DNA of 64,000 bases from Podarcis vaucheri (taxonomy: Eukaryota). Under the pieces are notes generated by a model. It made no database searches. It saw only the letters and a program-made list of their open reading frames with translations, and was not told the origin of the DNA. Positions 56,672 through 64,000 of this stretch are shown in pieces. The stretch lies in NCBI GenBank assembly GCA_965113315.1, contig OZ220368.1. One strand, given 5' to 3'. The first letter of the stretch is position 1, and each line of letters starts with the position of its first letter. Position numbers and translations under genes: made by a program.

Positions 56672-57841
56672 CATTTATATACCTATATACTAGACAAGCA
56701 TATATGGAGTTATAGCTGCTTGAATATATAGTGATATAATATATGTTCATCCACCTTTACTTCTTTTTTATTATTATTATTTTATTATTATTATTTCCAG
56801 TATATTTTGTTCAATTGAAATATTCTCAGTAATAATAATAACAACTCATGTTTGTTCAATGACAGGCTGGAAATGGGAAAGTAGGAAACTATGGTTCAAA
56901 AAGGCTGTGTACTAGTTGGAGTGGTAAGGCATTCAGAAGCAGCCTAGATAGCACAAAATCTACATGGCTTTAAATTGCAGGGACTATCATCCTATATACA
57001 GACAAAGTTATAGGTTTGTTATTGAAGGAAAGGTAGTTGGAAGGCAGTAGCTGACAGAATTGCCTAGATTTTGGTTCGTGTTTCTGCCCTAGCGCTCCTT
57101 TGTGAGTTTCTCAGGTGAATGATATGCTTAGTTTCCAATACTCTTGGGTCTTTAGGATGACATCTCTTACCTGAGCATGAAAGTTTGAAATGGTTGTTGT
57201 TTCAATATCCTTCTTGCCAAGGATTTCCATTTTCACTGGAGTGTTAGGAAAATTAAAAGCAAAGTAATCCAAGAAGTCTGGCAAGTAGGCAGCTGCCCCA
57301 TGAACTATAGCTAGAGCATAGTATGCTGCATTTTTCTCATTTTCACTGAATGTCAAAGCAAGAAACTCTTCTGCAAATCTCTCCATCTCCACTGGAGACA
57401 AAAATGAGAGTTCATCCATGTAGGCATGAAGAACTAGAGCTCCTCCATTTGACTGACGCTCTTCATGAATAAAGTTACTAAATTTAGTGCCTGTTTTTAA
57501 GAAGCTGCTGCGAACAGAATGCTCCTGGTGTGTAGTAAATGGAGACTGCACCCCCTGGGGTATCCTATATTCCTGCACGCCCAAATTCAACTGACATAGC
57601 TGCTCATCTTTTAGGTACCTAAAAGATTCCTTATTTTCTTCCAAGTTATCACTCTCCCCTGGAGTCAAAATCTCTTTGTTGATACGGGTAAGACCAGCAC
57701 ACACAGTCTGCACTTCTTTATTATACATTTTCAGATGCCTCCCCCTCATATCTTCTCTGTGTTTCTTTTTCTTCTTTTTCTTTATTTTCTTTACAATAAG
57801 ACTGTCAGCTCTCTGGGTCTTGCCATTTTCATCTCGGCTTT
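47138..57841 (-). CDS. RSBN1: RSBN1 (round spermatid basic protein 1 / KDM9 family), 5'-partial; six coding exons
   Basis: complement(join(47138..47500,48932..49040,50139..50306,51225..51367,51969..52106,57171..57841)); phases consistent. Contains [41 protein letters not shown] and [23 protein letters not shown]. Adjacency to PHTF1 supports RSBN1 over RSBN1L. Exon 1 is beyond the window. Confidence 0.95.
48932..49040 (-). CDS. RSBN1: RSBN1 exon ([18 protein letters not shown]...HEPPVSQ)
   Basis: AG/GT boundaries, 109 bp. Confidence 0.93.
49128..49483 (-). mobile_element. Sauria SINE (second subfamily)
   Basis: taaaggacccctggatgttaag...ggtacctatttatctacttgca...ggattcaaacc; flanked by tctaaatgta repeats. 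Confidence 0.85.
49571..49826 (+). mobile_element. tRNA-derived squamate SINE (Squam3-like) with (TTC)n tail
   Basis: A box tggtgtagtggttaagagc, degenerate B box, LINE-derived tail agccgctttgagactcc. Confidence 0.8.
50139..50306 (-). CDS. RSBN1: RSBN1 exon ([19 protein letters not shown]...AVQFGE)
   Basis: AG/GT boundaries, 168 bp. Confidence 0.93.
51225..51367 (-). CDS. RSBN1: RSBN1 exon ([11 protein letters not shown]...KSPFKRR)
   Basis: AG/GT boundaries, 143 bp. Confidence 0.93.
51969..52106 (-). CDS. RSBN1: RSBN1 exon ([13 protein letters not shown]...ESPFLR)
   Basis: AG/GT boundaries, 138 bp. Confidence 0.93.
53228..53494. mobile_element. pogo/Tigger-like MITE
   Basis: TA|CCATATTGGCCCAAATATGAGCC...GGCTTATATTCAGGCAAATACGG|TA. 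Confidence 0.75.
53986..54225. mobile_element. Tc1/mariner-type MITE
   Basis: TA|CAGTCATACCTC...GAGGTACCACTG|TA. Confidence 0.8.
54900..56220 (+). mobile_element. Decayed L1-clade ORF2 C-terminal fragment, split by a Sauria SINE
   Basis: Remnants NEWNKEL...W, C..C...ASLKH and [14 protein letters not shown]...QWIKDM, typical of the L1/Tx1 zinc-binding C-terminal region; many stops. Confidence 0.7.
55707..56040 (-). mobile_element. Sauria SINE inserted in the L1 fragment
   Basis: aaggtaaaggatccctggacag...ggtttagacc; TSD CCTTACTA. Confidence 0.85.
56228..56277. repeat. (TA)n microsatellite, left flank of the fold-back
   Basis: Read directly. Confidence 0.95.
56276..56635. mobile_element. Penelope-like element pseudo-LTR remnants: three copies (two on -, one on +) forming a fold-back, each with a hammerhead-like core
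   Basis: 56276-56365 is the exact reverse complement of 56512-56601. 56424-56511 is an inverted copy with a 34-bp deletion. Motif (T)TGAAGATGACGAG-TGAGAC-CTCGTCGAAACGTC. Confidence 0.75.
56632..56670. repeat. (TA)n microsatellite, right flank of the fold-back
   Basis: Read directly. Confidence 0.95.
57171..57841 (-). CDS. RSBN1: RSBN1 large coding exon (SRDENGKTQ...[11 protein letters not shown]...TTISNFHAQ)
   Basis: AG/GT boundaries, 671 bp; poly-Lys stretch resembling an NLS; overlaps ORF 57111..57749. Confidence 0.94.
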
Positions 57842-58342
57842 CTAGAAATAATAAGAAAATTAGAATTCTATTGTTGCACCATAAAAATAGTCAAGAACAT
57901 TAGGAAGAAAAGCCCTGACCCACCTCCCGGACACTCAGTATGAAAATCTTCACAGTTTTCAGTGCTTGGATATATCAGGTTGGGAATTTGGGTCTCAGAA
58001 AGAGAACATATTATGACACCTTCAAGACTAGCAAACTTAATATGTCCTAAGTGTAAGGTACCGTGAGACTTTTTTTGCTGGAATAGACTAACCTCTGAAA
58101 AGATTTTCAGTAAGTTGGGGGGGGGGGTTACTGCATTGCTTTACCTTTGAAAATCAAGACAGTAGGTTTACAGAAAAAAATGAGCTACTTTCTGCATTAT
58201 TAAGTGCTCCTGTACGTGATTTATACAACACATAGCAGTTCAAGAAGGATTTGTTTACACATTTATCTGTTAGTTATACAGTAGTATGCCAAGCCTATTT
58301 GAGAATTGTGAGCAGGGCTGTTTTGATGCTGTAATTCTATAA

Positions 58343-58478
58343 CAGGCATAGGCAAACTCGGCCCTCCAGATGTTCTGGGACTACAACTCCCACAATCCCT
58401 AGCTAACAGGACCAGTGGTCAGGGATGATGGGAATTGTTGTCCCAAAACATCTGGAGGTCCGAGTTTGCCTATGCCTG
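58343..58478. mobile_element. hAT-type palindromic MITE
   Basis: CAGGCATAGGCAAACTCGG...CCGAGTTTGCCTATGCCTG; 8-bp TSD TTCTATAA/TTCTAGAA. Confidence 0.9.
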
Positions 58479-58548
58479 TTCTAGAATGGAAAATTCAGAT
58501 AAAATAAGCTGAGCTTGAGAAGTGATGAGCAATTGCTGGTAAACTTTC

Positions 58549-58817
58549 AAAAGGTAAAGGTAAAGGGACCCCTGACCATTAGGTCCAGTTGTGACCGACT
58601 CTGGGGTTGCGGCACTCATCTCGCTTTATTGGCTGAGGGAGCCGGCGTACAGTTTCCGGGTCATGTGGCCAGCATGACTAAGCCACTTCTGGCAAACCAG
58701 AGCAGCACACAGAAACGGCGTTTACCTTCCCGCCAGAGTATTTATCTACTTGCACTTTTTGACGTGCTTTCAAACTGCTAGGTTGGCAGGAGCAGGGACC
58801 GAGCAACGGGAGCTCAC
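58549..58817 (-). mobile_element. Sauria SINE, 5'-truncated
   Basis: aaggtaaaggtaaagggacccctgaccattagg...gagcaacgggagctcac. Confidence 0.9.
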
Positions 58818-59038
58818 AAAAAGGTAGAGTGGTGCTAAAAGATTTCTAGTGCCTGGGGGTAGTGCTTCAGTACTTTATATAGCATCTCATCCCTCCTATG
58901 ACCAGCAAACCCAGAACTAAGCATAATAGTAAACAATTAAGCAAGCACAATGGCTCCTGGCAGTCTCCAGGTTAGCTTATTGTTTATTGCAGTGTGGTGG
59001 ACTCAGTTAAAAGTAATGAATTTGCCATTTAACTCACT

Positions 59039-59374
59039 TCACAGCCTGGGATCGGGATACCTGAAGGAGCGTCTCCACCCCCATCGCTCTGCCTGGACAC
59101 TGAGATCCAGCGCCGAGGGCCTTCTGGCGGTTCCCTCACTGCGAGAAGCAAAGCTTCAGGGAACCAGGCAGAGGGCCTTCTCGGTAGTGGCGCCCGCCCT
59201 GTGGAACGCTCTCCCATCAGATGTCAAAGATATAAACAACTATCTGACATTTAGAAGACAGCCCTGTTTAGGGAAGTTTTTAATGTGTGACATTTTAATG
59301 TATTTTTAATCTTTGTTGGAAGCCGCCCAGAGTGGCTGGGGAAACCCAGCCAGATGGGCAGGGTACAAATAATA

Positions 59375-59412
<38 letters not shown>
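59039..59412 (+). mobile_element. 3' end of an L2 LINE (same family as 17713-18917) with (ATT)n tail
   Basis: Near-identical to 18543-18917; YLKERLHPH...RAFSVVAPALWNALP. Confidence 0.9.
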
Positions 59413-59414
<2 letters not shown>

Positions 59415-59474
59415 CCTTAGGAGCTACACAGAGAGAGAGATCTTCAACAAGGACCCTTCTTTGAGTGCCCCCAT

Positions 59475-59616
59475 CATAGGCGTAGCCGGGGGGCAGGGAG
59501 GGGCAGCTGTCCCTCCCCAAATCAATAAAATTCAATAAAAATACATAGTAAACTGAAGTTCTGCCCCCCCCCAACAAAAGGCCTGCCCCACCAAAAAAAT
59601 CATGGCCATGCCCATG
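59475..59616. mobile_element. hAT-type MITE
   Basis: CATAGGCGTAGCC...GGCCATGCCCATG termini; 8-bp TSD GCCCCCAT. Confidence 0.75.
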
Positions 59617-61759
59617 GCCCCCATATCTGAGGCATGGTGGGCTACATGAGAAAGAGATTAATAAGTGGTGACATCTCAACTGTGGAAAGCTCTTCCTGCT
59701 TCACTTAGCATGTCCCTTAATACTTACATTGCCAAATTTTTATAATTTTTATAATTTTCAAAAAAAAATGTTTCTACTGCCTAGAGTTGGTTCTTAATTC
59801 TGCTAGCTACTTTTATGCTGCTCCTTGATATTGTGGTGCTTTATAATCTTGTTTTGTTAGTTTTTGTAACCAGAGCTGGACTGGATGCAGAAAATACAAG
59901 CAGTCCTTACAAGTACAGTACAAGGAATCAGCCTGTGCATCTTGTATATATGTACCCTGGCAGACAGGATAGGAAAAGTGCATTTGCACAATCCACTTTT
60001 ACTCCTTCACATAAAACAGACCAAGGCAGCCCAGGCGTGCAGAATGTTTCTTCATGCCAGACTTAGACAGCAACAGAAGACAGAACATAAAAGGACATCG
60101 TCACTATTTCTCATGTTTGAAGTTTTTGCACTTCAAATTTCCTAGAAAGCCCACACCATTGACCATTATTAATTTATTGTTCCCTCCAAGTCCTGAAAAA
60201 AAGGAAGGAAGGAATTAGTATTGTATTTGGTTTGAACACTTGAAGCTGCATGCTTCTGAAGTTTAACTTGCCCAAGATTAAAAAAAGTTGCTGAAGCTTC
60301 CAGCAACGAACTAAAGTTACATAATTCTCTAAGTAGGCAGAAGAGTGGTCTAGAAATAAGTCAAACAGTAATAAAGGGGCTCCCCATCCCACACGTTAAG
60401 TTGCTGAAAAAGAAAAAAGATTGAGGGACGACTAGGAATGGATTGCTGTGTGGCCAGTTCTGGTCCTGAAAAGAAAACTTTGGACTAAGCATATACTCAG
60501 AGGCACCACTTTCCTTAATTTTAAATGCATGTCTGTCCCTCACAAGCCACTATTTTGCACTTGGCCTCAGCTGGTAGATCTCAAGTAGTGTGCTCTACAG
60601 AGTTCTACAGAGTAGTTCTACAGAGTCTGCTCATTTCCTGCCTTAAACTGCTAGAAAGGGATTTTATTTTGTTTTGTTTTGTTTTATTTCAGAAGAGTAC
60701 TTTACAGACATAATCAGATTATAGGCCATCAGGTAAATTAGAAGACAACAAATAAAGAAAGCTTTTTCTGTTCAACACTACTTTGAAGAACATTCACAAG
60801 CTCAGAAACATTTACAGGGAATATGACAGTGAGAACCTATTAACCCAATATTCAAACAGCTAGTTTTTTCGGCAGGATGTGAATGCAAGCTTTACACATA
60901 CCTCAGCACTGGTGGAACTTGTAACAAAGTAACACAGTATCTAGAAAGCTTGTGGGAGGGACAATCAGAGCCTTAGGCTGCAGTCCTAAATGTATTTACT
61001 TGAAATTAAGTCTAGTTTATTACAAAGGGGCATATTGTTGAGCAGAAGTGGTTAGGAATAGACTGTTGCAGCTACATTAGGAGCTTACTGCCAAGCTAGA
61101 TAAGACACCTCTTGTCATGTCTAGTTTGGACCTTAAGAGACAGGTACTTATAATCCTGTTCTTTAAATAAACATAATTTAAAAATGGAACACAATCCAGA
61201 GAATATTAGGTGAATCCAGGTGGCAATCCAACATCCATTTACTAGAAAATAAGACCTATAAAACCAATGCTACAATCCTATGTACACTAAAGTAAGCCTG
61301 AATGAATTTAATGGTCATTACTTCTGTGTAAACAGCCATCTATAGGATCATGCATTATATTCTCAATGGGATGGAATGATCCTGGGAAATTTAGTTTACA
61401 CACCCTCCAGTACTATACAGATACGAATGGGGAAAATCCTGTGCATTAATGGGGAAGAAAAAGCCAGTGGTGTGGCCTCACAGGCAATATGATCAAATGT
61501 GCTGCCAACAGAAACTATGAATGCATGCAAGCAATTGGGACCAATAATGAAAAGCAGCGTGACAAGCCAGATACTATAAGTTAATTCATATGCACAAAAT
61601 ACGGTACTACATATGCCAGTTAGAGGATATGATCACTTTGGGGAATTTTCTAGTGGCAAAAGATGGCAATCCTGCATAGATCGTAGTATGTCCACTCTAG
61701 AAAAAAACCAACCTGGCCTGAATGGTATTCAACAACTACTGTTCAGTTGCAAACACCCG

Positions 61760-63170
61760 CTTTTTTGCCAAGGCACTTGATAGAGTTGTAGCAGCGCAAC
61801 TGCAGAATTCTTGGAGAAAACAGATTATCTAAACCCATTCTAATCCGGATTCAAGCCCAGGTTTGGGACTGAATCAGTTTTGGAAGTCTTCATTAATTAC
61901 CCTAATCAAGAGGAGACGGAAACCATGATTCTGCTGCTAGTGTTCAATCCCCCAGCAGCTTTTGACATTATTAAGAATAGCATTTATGGAAGATGGGTAT
62001 CAGGGCACAGTTCCAGAAGATGCCATTAGATGAATTCTTCTCACCCCCTTGTTCTTGAGCTATGGGATGCCGCAGGGCATTGTCTTCAATGTTATTTAAT
62101 GTCTTTATGAAGCTTCTGGGAGCAGTCATTAGGATTGAAGTGTCACCAGTATACTAATGATACCAAACTATTTCTCCGTAGTACCTGAACTGAGAATGGC
62201 TGAGCAGGCCTTGGATGCAATGGTGGGCTAGATGAGAACTAAGTCCAAATCCTGGCAAGATGGAGGCTCTATGGGAGAGTGGTTCCTGAGCCCCAGGAGT
62301 GGGTAAGTTCCTGTTCTGGATTGGGTCATGTTTCCCTGAAGGAGCAAGGGCATGCTTTGGGGGTGTTCCTAGTTCTAGCTCTGTCACTAGTGCCACAACT
62401 GTCACCTGTGAGTAGAAGTACGTTTTTATCAGCTTCGGCTGGTAAGACAACTGTGGTTGTCATTAGATTGGAATAGTGTATGTAGGAATATACTTGAAGT
62501 TGGTCTAAAGCTTAACTGGGCTTAATGCGGCCCGCTGGTCTCCTGGGGTAAAATCTTAAAAAAAAGCTCAACAACTTCAATCCTAAAAAAAGCTCATGCT
62601 CACATCTGGTCCTCTTTCAAAAAGGTTTGGACACCCCTGAGTGCAGCTAATGTAGATCACAGTAGCAAGGTTGCTTGAGGGGGCAAACTACCACCAGCAT
62701 AACATACTTTATTTACATGATTTGAAGTGGCTGCCTGATACCACACCAAGTTCAAGGTACTGGTACTAACGTAAAAGGCCCTATACTACTCAGGACCAAT
62801 TTACTTTAGAAATCATCTTATCCTTTATACAATCAGTAAGTCACTGAATTCTGTGGAAGAGTTTCTCCCTCAGTTCCCAAAATATTAGACGTTTGCTCCA
62901 CAGCAACTGACAGCAGGGCTTTCATTATGGCTGCTCCTGATTTGTGGAACCTCATTCCTGTAGATATGACAGGCACCCACTATTCCTATTTTTCAATAGG
63001 CTTTTCCAGCTGGATAAGAAAGTCTCTGCCTTGGATGTTCATTTTGTATTGTTTTTATACCTATCAATTATTTTTGTACTTTTAAAAAAACAAACTATTT
63101 TTTTTCTTTTTTGTGATATGTTTGTAAATTGCCTTGATGCATGTTGAAGTCAATTCATAAATAAATAAAA
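61760..63170 (+). mobile_element. Old, decayed L2-like LINE fragment
   Basis: Remnants of the QSGF.PG.GTE, AAFD, G.PQG, QY..DT.L, LNP.K.E and WLP motifs; ends in aataaataaaa. Confidence 0.7.
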
Positions 63171-64000
63171 TTCCCAAATCCCTGTGCAGTGTGCATGCAG
63201 ATTCATTTGGAGAAGCTGCTAGACAGAAAGAGAGCAAGTAAGCAAGAGGAAGCAGCTAGGGAATATAGACCGCCAGCACAACCAAGAAAGACACCATACA
63301 CAACTACAATAGTTATTTTAGGCACCACTGATTATTTGTTGCACTGCCTTAAGTCAGAATGATTTATCATCAGTCACAACGAGTCCCTAAATACAGCAAG
63401 TACCACTCAAATGGTCTCCTGAATTCATCTCGCTGAGATCAAAGCTCAATAAGTTGCTATGACAGGTTTCAGAAATGCTGAGTAAAAAGGAAGCCATAAT
63501 TATATACTCCTAACAACTTAATGCCCCAGCAGCTAACAATGTCTTATTTTGTAACACACCTATAAATTGCTTATTCTGGATCCTTATAACAACAACAACA
63601 AAAAATCAAATCATGCTTCATAGCTGAATGAGCATTTTAAAGACCCTTCAAAAGGCTATTCTGCTTTAAGAGGAAGGACTCTTATAAGAAAAAAGGCAGC
63701 TCTGTAATGTTACTTTATTGGTGTTACTGTTTGTAAAGTAACATGTTGCAATACAATAGACAATTATAAAGAAGAGATCCAGAAAAGTGATACCAATTAG
63801 GAAAAAAACCTCATTTTTGGGGGGGGGCGGGAGTAACCTGATGGATTTTCAACAAAATTGAGCAAGCAAAATATACTGACAGTATCATACTGCACCCAAG
63901 GGATCAAATATCTAGGATTCAGACATCTGAAGATTTAAACAACTGAGCAGCAATGGATTGAGAAGTCCCCTACCCCACCAAGAGATATGAAAAATTAAGG

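Noticed and set aside
56298-56750. ORFs with the repeated peptide [14 protein letters not shown], and a superficially CRISPR-like repeat-spacer look
   Set aside because: Artefacts of the inverted and duplicated pLTR copies; eukaryotic intron, no regular array, no cas genes

Overview
Vertebrate genomic DNA, almost certainly a lacertid lizard, judged from the Podarcis-type Sauria SINEs. It holds the conserved MAGI3 - PHTF1 - RSBN1 gene block. The 3' end of MAGI3 is on the + strand: the last PDZ domain exons, alternative C-terminal exons and a long 3'UTR. A complete PHTF1 gene is on the - strand: 18 coding exons that I could splice in frame to 755 aa, with a CpG-island promoter near 39.3-39.9 kb. 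RSBN1 is on the - strand: six coding exons, with the first exon outside the window. Introns are dense in repeats: Sauria and Squam-type SINEs, L2/CR1/L1 fragments, Tc1/mariner and hAT MITEs, and a solo LTR. The most notable oddities are: (1) a fold-back of three Penelope-like pseudo-LTR copies carrying a hammerhead-ribozyme-like core, inserted in a (TA)n tract; (2) a 2.1-kb TSD-flanked, polyadenylated retroposon with no RT and one intact 201-aa ORF; (3) an in-frame TGA in the last RSBN1 exon, followed by 34 codons still homologous to the mammalian C-terminus; (4) a probable extra MAGI3 C-terminal exon. Gene identifications rest on recalled vertebrate protein sequences, not on database searches. 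Most short ORFs in the supplied track are non-coding noise.
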